A stretch of 64,000 nt of DNA, taken from NCBI RefSeq assembly GCF_009914755.1, contig NC_060937.1. One strand, 5' to 3'. The DNA comes from the human T2T-CHM13v2.0 reference genome, Homo sapiens. The notes beneath the pieces were generated by a model that saw only the letters and a program-made list of their open reading frames with translations, had not been told where the DNA came from and did no database searches. Both the position numbers and the translations under genes were made by a program. Below, in pieces: positions 1-11,677 of this stretch. Within the stretch, counting starts at the first letter, position 1, and each line of letters opens with the position of its first letter.

Positions 1-2380
1 TACCTCCAGCTTTGTTCTTGCTCAGGATTATCTTGACTGTGGGGGCTCTTTTTTGGTTCCATATGAAGTTTAAAGTAGTTTTTTCCAATTCTGTGAAGAA
101 AGTCAGTGATAGCTTGATGGGGATAGCATTGAGTCTATAAATTACTTTGGGCAGTATTGCCATTTTCATGATATTGATTCTTCTTATCCATGATTATGGA
201 ATGTTTTTCCATTTGTTTGTGTCCTCTCTTATTTCCTTGAGCAGTGGTTTGTAGTTCTCCTTGAAGAGGTCCTTCACATCCCTTGTAAGTTGTATTCCTA
301 GGTATTTTATCCTCTTTGTAGCAATTGTGAATAGGAGTTCACTCATGATTTGACTCTCTGTTTGTCTGCTATTGGTGTATAGGAATGCTTGTGATTTTTG
401 CACATTGATTTTGTATTCTGAGACTTTGTTGAAGTTGCTTATCAGCTTAAGGAGATTTTGGGCTGAGACGATGGAGTTCTCTAAATATACAATCATGTCT
501 TCCACAAACAGAGACAATTTGACTTCCTCTCTTCCGATTTGAATACCCTTTATTTCTTTCTCTTGCCTAATTGCCCTGGCCAGAACTTCCAATACTATGT
601 TGAATAGGAGTGATGAGAGAGGGCATACTTGTCTTGTGCTGGTTTTCAAAGGGAATGCTTCCAGTTTTTGCCCATTCAGTATGATATTGGCTGTGGGTTT
701 GTCATAAACAGTTCTTATTATTTTGAAATATGGCCCATCGATACCTAGTTTATTGAGAGTTTTTAGCATGAAGGGGTGTTGAATTTTGTCGAAAGTATTT
801 TCTGCATCTATTGAAGTAACCATGTGGTTTTGTCATTGGTTCTGTTTATGTGATGGATTATGTTTATTGATTTGTGTATGTTGAACCAGCCTTGCATCCC
901 AGGGATAAAGCCTTGGGATGCATCCACTTGATCGTGGTGGATAAGCTTTTCTAAGTGTTGCTGGATTAATTTGACAGTATTTTATTGAGGATTTTTGCAT
1001 CAATGTTCATCAGGGATATTGGCCTGAAATTTTCTTTTTTTATTGTGTCTCTGCCAGTTTTTGGTATCAGGATGATGTTGGCCTCATAAAATGAGTTAGG
1101 GAGGCTTCCCTCTTTTCCTATTATTTGGAATAGTTTCAGAAGGAATGGTACCAGCTCCTCTTTGTACCTCTGGTGGAATTTGGCTGTGAATCCGTCTGGT
1201 CCTGGACTTTTTTTGGTTAGTTGGCTATTAATTATCACCTCAATTTCAGAACTTGTTATTGGATTCAACTTCTTCCTTGTTTAGACTTGGGAGGGTGTAT
1301 GTGCCCATGAATTTATCCACTTCTATTAGATTTTTCAGTTTATTTGCATAGATGTGTTTTTAGTATTCTCTATGGTAGTTTGCATTTCCGTGGGATCAGT
1401 GGTGATATCCCCTATATCATTATTTTGTGTTTCTATTTGATTCTTCTCTATATTTTTCTTTATTAGTGGTCTATCTATTTTGCTGATCATTTCAAAAACC
1501 AGATCCTGGATTCACTGATTTTTTGAATGGTTTTTCATATCTCTATCTCCTTGAGTTCTGCTCTGATCTTAGTTATTTCTTGTCTTCTGCCAGATTTTCT
1601 ATTTGTTTGCTGTTGCTTCTCTAGTTCTTGTAATTTTGTTGTTAGGGTGTCAATTTTAGATCTTTCCTGCTTTCTCTTTTGAGCATTTAGTGGTACAAAT
1701 TTCCCTCTACACACTGCTTTAAATGGGTCCCAGAGATTCTGGTGTGTTGTGTCTTCATTCTCATTGGTTTCAAATAACATCTTTATTTCTGCCTTCATTT
1801 CATTATGTACCCAGTAGTCATTCAGGAGTGGGTTGTTGGTTGTTCAGTTTCCATGTAGTTGTGCAGTTTTGAGTGAGCTTCTTAATCTTGAGTTATAATT
1901 TGATTGCACTGTGGTTTGAGAGACTGTTTGTTATGATTTCTGTTTTTTTTTGCATTTACTGAGGAGTGTTTTACTTCCAATTATGTGGTCAATTTTAGAA
2001 TAAGTGCAATGAGGTGCTGGGAAGAAAGTATATTCTGTTGATTTGGGGTGGAGAGCTCTGTAGATGTCTTTTAGATCCACTTGGTCCAGAGCTGAGTTCA
2101 AGCCTTGAATACCCTTATTAATATTCTGTCTCATTGATCTGTTGGTTTAAAGTATGTTTTATCAGAGATTAGGATTGCAACTTCTGCTTTGCTTTGCTTG
2201 GTAAATATTCCTCCATCCCTTTATTGTGAGCCTATGTGTGTCTTTGCACGTGAGATGGTTCTCCTGAATACTGATGGGTCTTGACTCTTTATCGAATTTG
2301 CCAGTCTGTCTTTTAATTGGGGCATTTAGGCCGTTTACACTTGAGATTAATATTGTTATGTGTGAATTTGATCCTGTCAT
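1..2380 (-). pseudogene. L1 ORF2 (endonuclease/reverse transcriptase), disrupted
   Basis: Starts MTGSNSHIT at 2380. Several frameshifts and stops, RT motif LFADDM changed to LFVEDM, and an internal deletion at 2140/2141. Confidence 0.93.
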
Positions 2381-2480
2381 TGTGATGCTAGTTGGTTGTT
2401 TTGCCCATTGGTTGATGCAGTTTCTTCATAGTGTTGAAGATCTTTACAATTTGGTAGGTTTTCACAGTGGCTGCTACCGG

Positions 2481-3455
2481 TTATTCCTTTCCATGTTTAG
2501 TGCTTCCTTCAGGAGCTCTTGCAAGGCAGGCCTGGTGATGACAAAAGTCTCTCAACATTTGCTTGTCTATAAAGGATTTTATTTCTCCTTCTCTTATGAA
2601 GCTTATTTTGGCTAGATATGAAATTCCAGGTTGAAATTTTTTTCCTTTAAGAATGTTGAATATTGTCCCCCACTCTCTTCTGGCTTGTAGAGTTTCTGCA
2701 GAGAGATCCGCTGTTAGTCTGATGGGCTTCCCTTTGTGGGTAACGTGACCTTTCTCTCTGGCTGCCCTTAATATTTTTTCCTTCATTTCAGCTTGGTGAA
2801 TCTGATGATTATATGTCTTGGGATTGCTCTTCTCAAGGAGTATCTTTGTGGTGTTCTCTGTATTTCCTGAATTTGAAGGTTGGCCTGTCTTGCTAGGTTG
2901 GGGAAGTTCTCCTGGAGTGTTTTCCAACTTGGTTCCATTCTCCTCGTTACTTTCAGGTACACCAATCAAACGTAGATTTGGTCTTTTCACATAGGCCCAT
3001 ATTTCTTGGAGGCTTTGTTTGATCCTTTTTTTATTCTATTTTGTCTAATCTTGCCTTCTCTTTTTATTTCATTAGGTTGATCTTCAATCACTGGTATCCT
3101 TTCTTCCACTTGATCAACTCGGCTATTGAAACTTGTGTATGCTTCACAAAGTTCTTGTCTGTGTTTTTCAGCTTCATCAGCTCATTTATGTTCTTCTCTA
3201 CACTGGTTATTCTAGTTAGCAACTCGTCTAACCTTTATTCAAGGTTCTTAGCTTCCTTGCATTGGGTTAGAACATGCTCCTTTAGCTCGGAGGAGTTTGT
3301 TATTACCCAACTTCTGAAGCCTACTTCTGTAAATTCATTAAACTCATTCACCATCCAGTTTTGTTCCCTTGGTGGCGAGGAGTTCTGATCCTTTGGAGGA
3401 GAAGAGGCATTCTGGTTTTTGGAATTTTCAACTTTTTGTGCTGGTTTCTCCCCAA
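2481..3455 (-). pseudogene. L1 ORF1, disrupted
   Basis: KRPNLRLIGVPE and KGKPIRLTADLSAETLQARREW motifs. The start codon reads TTG (TTGGGGAGAAACCAG) and there are frameshifts. Confidence 0.9.
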
Positions 3456-4142
3456 CTTTGTGGATTTATCTACCTTTGGTTTTGATGTTGATGTTGGTGA
3501 CCTTTGGATGTGGTCTTTGAGTGTATGTGCTATTCCTCTCTGTTTGTTAGTTTTCCTTCTAACAGTCAGGCCCCTCTGCTGCCGGTCTGCTGGAGTTCGC
3601 TGGAGGTCCACTCCAGACCCTTTTTGCCTGGGTATCACCAGCGAAGGATGCAGAACAGCAAAGATTGCTGCCTGATTTTTCCTCTGGAAGCTTCATCCCA
3701 GAGGGGCACCTGCCACTTGCCAGCCAGAGCTGTCCTGTATGAGGTGCCTGTCAGCCCCTATTGAGAGGTTTCTCCCAGTCAGGATACACAAGGGTCAGGG
3801 ACCCACTTGAGGAGGCAGTCTGACCCTTAGCAGAGCTCGAACACTGTGCTGAGAAGTCCGCTGCTCTCTTCAGGGCTGTCAGGCAGGGACATTTAAGTTT
3901 GCTGAAGCTGTGCCCACAGCTGCCCCTTCCCCAGGTGCTCTGTCCCAGGGAGGTGGGGGTTTTATCTATAAGTGCTTGACTGGGGCTGCTGCCTTTTTTC
4001 AGAGATGCCCTGCCCAGAGGAGAGAAATCTGGCAGTCTGGCCACAGCAGCTTTGCTGAGCTGCAGTGGACTCCATCCAGTTCAAACTTCCCAGTGGCTTT
4101 GTTTACACTGTGAGCATAAAAGCACCTACTCAAGCCTCAGCA

Positions 4143-4322
4143 ATGGCAGACATCCCTCCCGCAACCAAGCTCGAACATCCCAGGTCGATCTCAGACTGCT
4201 GCTCTGCTGGCAGCAAGAATTTCAAGCCAGTGGATCTTAGTTTGCTGAGCTCCCTGGGGGTGGGACCCACTGAACCAAACCTTTTGGCTCCCTGGCTTCA
4301 GCATCACTTTCCAGGTGAGTGA
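4143..4322 (+). CDS. L1 ORF0 homologue (antisense ORF in the L1 5'UTR), 59 aa, open; expression unknown
   Basis: MADIPPATKLEHPRSISDCC...GVGPTEP resembles L1HS ORF0 (MAGAPPPASLPPCSLISDCC...GVGPSEP). Kozak context GCAATGG. Confidence 0.5.
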   Translation: MADIPPATKLEHPRSISDCCSAGSKNFKPVDLSLLSSLGVGPTEPNLLAPWLQHHFPGE

Positions 4323-4755
4323 ATGGTTCTGTCTCACTGGTGTTCCAGGCACTACTGGGGTATGGAAAAAAATAACTCCTGCAGGTACTTTGGTGTCTGC
4401 CCAAATGGCTGCCCAGTTTTGTGCTTGAAACCCAGGGCCCTGATGGGATAGGCATGGGAGAGAATCTCTTGGTTTGTGGCTTGCAAAGACTGTGGGACAA
4501 GCCCAGTATCTGTGCCAGAGTTCCTCAGGCTAAGTCCCTCACGGTTCCCCTTGGGTAGGGGAGAAAATTCCATGACCCCTTGTGCTTCCCGGGTGAGGTG
4601 ATGCCCCACCCTGTTTTGGCTTGCCCTGCTGTGGGCTGAATCCACTGTCCAACCAGTTCCAATGCGAAGAACCAGGTACCTCAGTTTGAAATGCAAAAAT
4701 CACCCGCCTTCTGCATCGATCTCACTGGGAGCTGCAGACTGAAGCTGTTCCTATT

Positions 4756-4766
4756 CAGCCATCTTG
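4756..4766 (-). promoter_or_regulatory. YY1-type site at the start of the L1 5'UTR
   Basis: CAAGATGGCTG on the minus strand at the canonical position, with the CpG decayed. Confidence 0.55.
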
Positions 4767-4776
4767 CCAGCAATCT

Positions 4777-6921
4777 GGAAAATCCCATTTTAAAAACCAT
4801 CAGATCTTGTGAGATTTATTCCCTATCATGAGAACAGCATGGGAAAGACCTGCCCCATAATTCAGTTATCTCCCACCAGGTCCCACTCACAACATGTGGG
4901 AATTATAAGAGCTACAAGATGAACTTTGGGTGGGGACACAGAGCCAAATCATATCATTTCACTCCCTGGCCCCTCCCAAATCTCATGTCTTCACATTTCA
5001 AAACAAATCATGCCTTTCCAACAGTCCCCCAAGTCTTAACTCATTTCAGCATTAACTCAAAAGTCCACAGTCTAAAGTCTCATCTGAGACAAGGCAAGTC
5101 CCTTCCACCTATGAGCCTGTAAAATTAAAAGCAAGTTAGTTACTTCCTAGATACAGTAGGGGTACAGGCATTGGGTAAATACAGCCATTCAGAATGGGAG
5201 AAATTGGCCACAACTAAGGGGCTACGGGGTTCATGCAAGTCCAAAATTCTGTGGGGCAGTCAAATTTTAGAGATCCAAAATGATCTCCTTTGAGATCCTC
5301 CTGGATGTCTCACATCCAGGTCATGCTAATTCAAGAAGTGGGTTTGCCCTTGTGGCTTTGCAGGGTACAGTCTCCCTCTTGGCTGCTTTCAAGGGCTGGT
5401 GTTGAGTGTCTGCAGCTTTGCCAGGTGCAGAGTGCAAGGTATCAGTGGATCTACCATTCTGGGGTCTGGAGTATGGTGCCCCTTTTCTCACAGCTCCACT
5501 AGCTCATGCCTCAGTAGGGACTCTGTATGGGGGCCCCTACCCCACATTTCCCTTCTGCACTGCCCTAGCAGAGATTATCTATGAGAACCCCATCCCTGCA
5601 GGGAACTTCTGCCTGGGTATCCAGGCATTTCCATACATCTTCTGAAATCTAGACAGAGGTTTCCAAACCTCAATTCTTGACTTCTGTGCACTCACAAGCT
5701 CAACACCACATGGGAAACTGCCAAAGGTTGAGGCTTGCACCCTCTGAAGCCACAGCCTGAGCTCTATGTTGGCCCCTTTCCACCACAGCTGGAGAAGCTG
5801 GGACGCAGGGCACCAAGTCCCTATGCTGCACACAACACGGGGACCCTGGGCCCCGCTCAGAAAGCTACTTTTTTCTCCTAGGCCTCTTGGCCTGTGATGG
5901 TACAGGCTGCCATGAAGACCTCTGACATACCCTAGAGACCTTTTCCCCATTGTCTTGTGGATTAATATTTGGCTCCTCCTTATGCAAATTTCTGCAGCCA
6001 GCTTGAATTTCTCCTCAGAAAATGGGTTTTTCTTTTCTATTGCATTGTCATGTGCAAATTTTCTGAACTCTTATTCTCTCCTTTCCTTATAAAACTGAAT
6101 GCCTTTTACAGCACCCAAGTCACCTCTTGAATGCTATGTGGCTAAGAAATTTCTTCTACCAGATACCCTAAATCATCTCTCTCAAGTTCAAAGTTCCACA
6201 AATCCCCATGCAAGAGCAAAATGCCTCCAGTCTTTCTGCTACAATATAACAAGAGTCACTTTTGCTCCAGTTCCCAATAAGTTCCTCATCTCCATCTGAG
6301 ACCACCTCAGCCTGGACCTTATTGTTCATAATACTATCAGCATTTTTGTTAAAGCCATTCAACAAGTCTCTAGGAAGTTCCAAACCTTCCCACATTTTCC
6401 TTTCTTCTTCTGAGCCCTCTAAACTGTTCCAACCGCTGCCTGTTACCCAGTTCCATAGTCACTTCCACATTTTTGGTTATGTTTTCAACAACACCTCACT
6501 TCTGGTACCAATTTACTGTATTAGTCTGTTTTTTTTTGTTTTTTGTTTTTGTATTTTTTTTTTTTACATTGTGCATAAACACATATCTGAGTCTGGGCAA
6601 TTTACAAAAGAAGGAGATTTAATAAACTTACAGTTCCATATGGCTGTGGAGGTCTCACAATCATGTTGGAAGGCAATGAGGAGCAATTCACATTTTACGG
6701 GGATGGTCACAGGCAAAAAGAGAGAGAGCTTGTGCATGGAAGCTCCTGCTTTTTAAACCATCCCAGGTTTTGTGAGACTTATTCAGTATCATGAGAACAG
6801 CATGGGAAAGACCCACCCCCCATGATTTAATTACCTCCCGCCAGGTCCCTCCTACAACACGTAGGAATTATGGGAGCTACAAGATGAGATTTGGGTGGGG
6901 ACACAGAGCCAAATCATATCA
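4777..6921 (-). mobile_element. THE1C-like MaLR provirus: 5' LTR 6517-6921, internal region 4957-6516, 3' LTR 4777-4956 interrupted by the L1
   Basis: Both LTRs end ...GGGTGGGGACACAGAGCCAAATCATATCA on the plus strand. TGTATTAGTC terminus at 6517, with THE1-int sequence between the LTRs. Confidence 0.92.
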
Positions 6922-9196
6922 AGCAGTTACCCCCATGCTGCTGTTTTCATGATAGTGAGTGAGTTCCCATGAGATCCTACAGTGTTCTAGGGGGCTTTCT
7001 CCATTTTTTGCTCAGCATTTCTCCTTCCTGCCATCAAGTGAAGAAGGAAGTATTTGCTTCCTCTTTCACCATAGTTGTAAGATTCCTGAGGCCCCCCAGT
7101 CATGAGGAACTGTGAGTCAATTAAACCTTTTGTTTTTTTAATAAATTTCTCAGTCTCAGGCAGTACTTTATAGCAGTGTGAGAATGGACTAATACAGTAA
7201 ACTGGTAGCAGGTAGTGGGTGCTGCTGTAAAGGTACACAAAGATGTGAAAGCATCATTGGAACTGGGTGACAGGCAGAGGTTGGAACAGTTTTGAGGGCT
7301 CAGAAGACAGAAAGAGTAGGAAAGTTTGGAACTTTCTAGAGACTTGTTAAATGGCTTTGACCAAAATACTGATACTGATATTGGCAATTAAGTCCAGGTT
7401 GAGGTGGTCTCAGAGGGAGATGAGTAACTTCTTGGGAACTGGAGTAAAGGTCACTCTTGATATGCACAGAGACTGGCAGCATTTTGCTCCTGCTCCAGAG
7501 ATTTGTGGAACTTTGAACTTGAGAGACATAATTTATGGTATCTGGCAGAAGAAATTTCTAAGCAGCAAAGTGTTTGGGTGACTTGGGTGCAGTTAAAGCA
7601 TTGAGTTTTATGTATTCACAAAAAAAAATAGTTTGGAATTGGAACTTAGGTTTAAAAGGAAAGCAAAGCATAAAAGTTTAAAAAATATGCCACCTGACAA
7701 AGGAAAAATCAATTTTCTGGGAAGAAATTCAAGCCAGTTGCATAAATTTGCACAAGTAATGAGGAACCGAATGTTAATCACCAAGACAAAGAAGAAAATA
7801 TCTCCAGGGCACGTCAGAGACCTATGTGGCAGCCCCTCCCATCACAGGCTGGAGGCCTAACAGGAAAAAATGGTTTTGTATGCCAGGCCCTGTGCCTTGC
7901 TGCTTTGTGCAGTCTCAGGACTTGGTGCCCTGTGTCCCAGCAGTGGCTAAAAGGGGCCAAGGTACAGCTCAGGCCATGGCTTCAGAGGGTGCAAGTCCCA
8001 TGCCTTGGCAGCTTTCATGTGGTGTTGAGCTTGTGGGTGGACAGCCTGTGGGTGCTGCCTAGATTTCACAGATTGTATGGAAAGAAACCTCAAGAATTGA
8101 GGTTTGGGAACCTCTGCCTAGATTTCACAGATTGTATGGAAATGCCTGACTGTCCAGGCAGAGGTGTGTTGCAGGGGTGGAGACCTCATGGGAAATTCTG
8201 TTAGGGTAGTGCAGAATAGAAATATGGGGTTGGAGCCCTCACACAGTGTTCCCACTGGGGCACTGCCTAGTGGAGCTGTGAGAAGGTGACCACAGTCCTC
8301 CAGACCTCAGAATGGTAGATTCACTGATAGCTTGCACCATGTTCCTGGAAAAGCCTGCAGACACTCAGTGGCGGCCCATGGAGGAAAGTGGGAGTGGGGC
8401 TGTACCCTGTAAAGCCACAGGGGTGGAGCTGCCCAAGGCTGCGGGAACCCCCCTCTTGCATCAGTGTGACCTGGATGTAAGACATGGAGTCAAAGTAGTT
8501 CATTTTGGAGCTAGCTTTAAGATTGGACTGCCCTGCTGGATTTTGGACCTGCATGGAGCCTATAGCCCCTTTATTTTAGCTACTTTCTCCCATTTGGAAT
8601 GGCTGTATTTACCCAATGCTGGTATCCCCATTGTATCTAGGAAGTAGCTAACTTGCTTTTGACTTTACAGACTCATAGGCAGAAGGGACTTTTCTTGTCT
8701 CAGATGAGACTTTGGACTTAGACTTTTAGGTTAATGCTGAAATGAGTTAAGATTTTGGGGTACTGGTGGGAAGGCATGATTGATTTTGAAATGTGAAGAC
8801 TTTAGATTTTGGAGGGTCCAAGGGTGAAATTATATGGTTTGGCCCAAATCTCATCTTGAGTTGTAGTTTCCATAATCCCCATGTGTCCTGGGACGGACCC
8901 AGTGGGAGGTAATTGAATCATGTGTTGTGATTACCTCCATGCTGCTGTTCTTGTTATAGTGAGTGAGTTACCGCAAGATCTGATGGTTTTATAAGGGGCT
9001 TTTCCTCATTTTACTTGGCACTTCTCCTTCCTGACATCATGTAAATAAGGACATGTTTGCTTCTCCTTCTGCCATAATTGTAAGTTTCCTGAGGTCTCCC
9101 CAGCCATGCAAATCTGTGATTAAATTAAACTTCTATCTTTGTAAATTACCCAGTTTCAGGCAGTCCTTTAATGCAATGTGAGAATGGACTAATACA
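6922..9196 (+). mobile_element. THE1D-like MaLR provirus: partial 5' LTR 6922-7196, internal region 7197-8829, 3' LTR 8830-9196
   Basis: Both LTRs end GAGAATGGACTAATACA. The 3' LTR starts TTATATGGTTTGG. The 5' LTR lacks its first ~100 bp, displaced by the THE1C insertion. Confidence 0.92.
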
Positions 9197-9553
9197 AGGT
9201 AGTTTTCCAGGTTTATGAGTTTTGTTTTTTTTTTTTAAATAAGTTACGCAGCTATCTTCTTTACAGACTCCAAGACAGTAAAATTATAAAATATTTTTAA
9301 CATATATAAATATACGTGGTATGAAGATTAAAAGGAAATTAATTTCCAAATTATCTTGTTGAAGTTAATATATTTTGGAGTTAAGATGAATATCTTATCC
9401 TAATGATTCCCCAACTAACCAGAAATTTAAATAGAATAACTTCAGGTTTCAATTACTAATATTATATTTGTAGATTATTGCGTAGTTGAAAAGACACTTT
9501 CATTTTGTCATGTATTCTCACCAATATCTTTCACAATAAATGAATTGATGGCG

Positions 9554-9603
9554 TCATCATTATCATCATCATCATCATCATTATCATTGTCATGACCATC
9601 ATC
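9554..9603 (+). repeat. Imperfect (CAT)n microsatellite
   Basis: tcatcattatcatcatcatcatcatcattatcatt. Confidence 0.85.
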
Positions 9604-11289
9604 TCCGTTAACAAAAGTATGGGGTAATCAATAAGAAATCATTAAAGATGCCATTGAGCTTAATAATAAAGGTGGTGTTATTAATACAAGGTATAGATAA
9701 GAAGGTTCAGAAAGAAACTGATGAGATTTTTATATTTTTCTCTTTTCTATCATTACATTTTTTTCTAATTCTCATTTGGCAATTATAAATTAGAACACCA
9801 TTACAATTTTGTCTTCAGAATTCTGGGTTGCCCCATAAGTTGTTAAATATTTTTTGTGCTGTTTCAATCATAAAATTAAAAGCAATTCTAGAAATGAGCT
9901 ACTGCTAATTTACATAAAGATTATTATAATTAAAATTGTAGTGGAGACTAAAAGTATGTTGTAGTTGTAGACTCTTCTGTAAGTAAAATAATATATGCAA
10001 ATAACAATAAATAACAATACTGATAACTACATGTGTGCATTTCCATAATCATTTTTGATTTATAAAACTTTTACCAATACAAATTTAAATCCAAGATTTG
10101 CAAGTATATCCTATTCATTTCTTCTTTTTAAAAAAGGAAACACTATCTCTATACATAATTCTTAATTCATTTATTTTGTAATCAAGTCTTCATTTATTTT
10201 ACAATAATTTAAAATGAAATTTTATTATACCAAACTTTATATTATAAATCATTTCATTATCACACCTTGCTTTTTCCAATCACACTTTTTAACTTCAGCA
10301 TTCATTTAATCATTCAATCCAAAATGATTGAAGTAGCAGAAGATATACACTACGAGGCAGAGGAATAAAGACAAATGTCCACAAAACATCACTTTGCATC
10401 AACATGCTGAAACATGGATAGCTTCAAATGGAATCTGACAAAATTCCAAACATGTAATACATGTCTTAAAATGCATTTCCCTATGAGATGATATAATGAA
10501 AATACTTTTAAAAGTTGTGAGAATTAAATGAGATCCTTGGTTCAGTGAGCGTACCGGAATCTTGCTGGAATGCAAAGCCCTGGTATCCAACTGGAGTCAT
10601 CTTGTAACTAAAGGGGTCATTCCCATACAGTAACTCAGGGAATTGCTCACTCAAACAGTAGATAATGGTATTTCCTGTTCTTTCTGTGAGTTGGAAGATT
10701 CTAAACAACTTCATTCTAAGAGTCTCACTGCTTTAGATGAGGCTGACGTGATTATTTCACTAAGGATTACACTATTTCTCTAGTGAGCGAAGCTCTCCTT
10801 TTTGTTTGAGAAAATATAGCAGAAGAGTCTGCCTTATACAGTTTTCTCTTGCAACACTGAAAAGGCTATTAGTATTTACTGTTTACTGAGTGAACATTGT
10901 TTAAATTTGCATTAGACAATCCATTTAAGAAACAACTAAATGCTGATGATTACAATGTCTGCATTACATTAAAACTGTTAATTTGTGGCAGTAATAATTT
11001 AGGATTTTAATTATAAGCCTGAAAAGCAGATTTAGAAATGCAGTTGGCACGACTAATGTTAATTTGTCCTTTAGCGTTTATTGAAAGCAATATATCCAAT
11101 GTAATTATAGTGCATGTCAAATAACCTACTATTTTATTTTTTAAAAGTGTGATTCCTTAATTTGCTTGATTAAGATGACTTGCCATCTGTTAAAATTTTT
11201 GTTGTGTCGTTTTTGGTGGGTTTTACATTACTTATCAACAATAAGACTTTATAACTTTTTTTATTGATTCAGTGATCATTTTCCTAATG

Positions 11290-11470
11290 CTTATTCATGA
11301 AGTTCATCATCATTTTCTCTATGCTGATTACATCAAGGGTCATGTAATGTCTACTTCACTAAATGCTGCAAACGTTGTTGGGAATCAGATGTGCACTATC
11401 ATAACAGACATGAAATCAATGCCAAGCATACAGTCCTGCGTTCTTTTTCGTTGAAACTAGTACAATCTAC
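11290..11470 (-). mobile_element. L2 3' end fragment (degenerate)
   Basis: TTCATT-like tail followed by the typical L2 3' pattern; highly diverged. Confidence 0.35.
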
Positions 11471-11642
11471 CAAGAAATTTTACCTCTATGATAAGATGAC
11501 TGGTTCTAGCCATATTAGCCTTGTATAAATCTTTGAATGTTTTCATTTGTTCTTCATAATATTCTAAAAACATTAATGCAATGTGTATTCAACTTTATGA
11601 GAGTGCATTTTTAATATCTTTGGCTGGAGATTCAATAGAATC

Positions 11643-11677
11643 TATGGATATAATTGAACATTTATGGATATAATTGA
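11643..11677 (+). repeat. 20-bp-period tandem duplication
   Basis: TATGGATATAATTGA at 11643 and 11663. Confidence 0.85.

Larger units (their letters stand above)
1..4776 (-). mobile_element. LINE-1, L1PA7/L1PA8-like, with intact 5' end; 3' part runs off the left edge of the window
   Basis: ORF2 RT and EN fragments (194-823, 966-1268, 1535-1798, 1931-2134, 2162-2380) and ORF1 fragments. The 5'UTR starts CTGGCAAGATGGCTGAATAGGAACAGC on the minus strand near 4770. Probable TSD GGAAAATCCCATTTT (4777-4791) ends at a TTTT/AA endonuclease site. Confidence 0.97.

Noticed and set aside
194-2990. L1 ORF1/ORF2 fragments as functional genes
   Set aside because: Frameshifts, stops, mutated RT motif (FVED) and lost ORF1 ATG.
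10508-10714. 68-aa minus-strand ORF with a vaguely CUB-like GYQGFAF
   Set aside because: No other domain residues and no convincing acceptor; not supportable as CDS.
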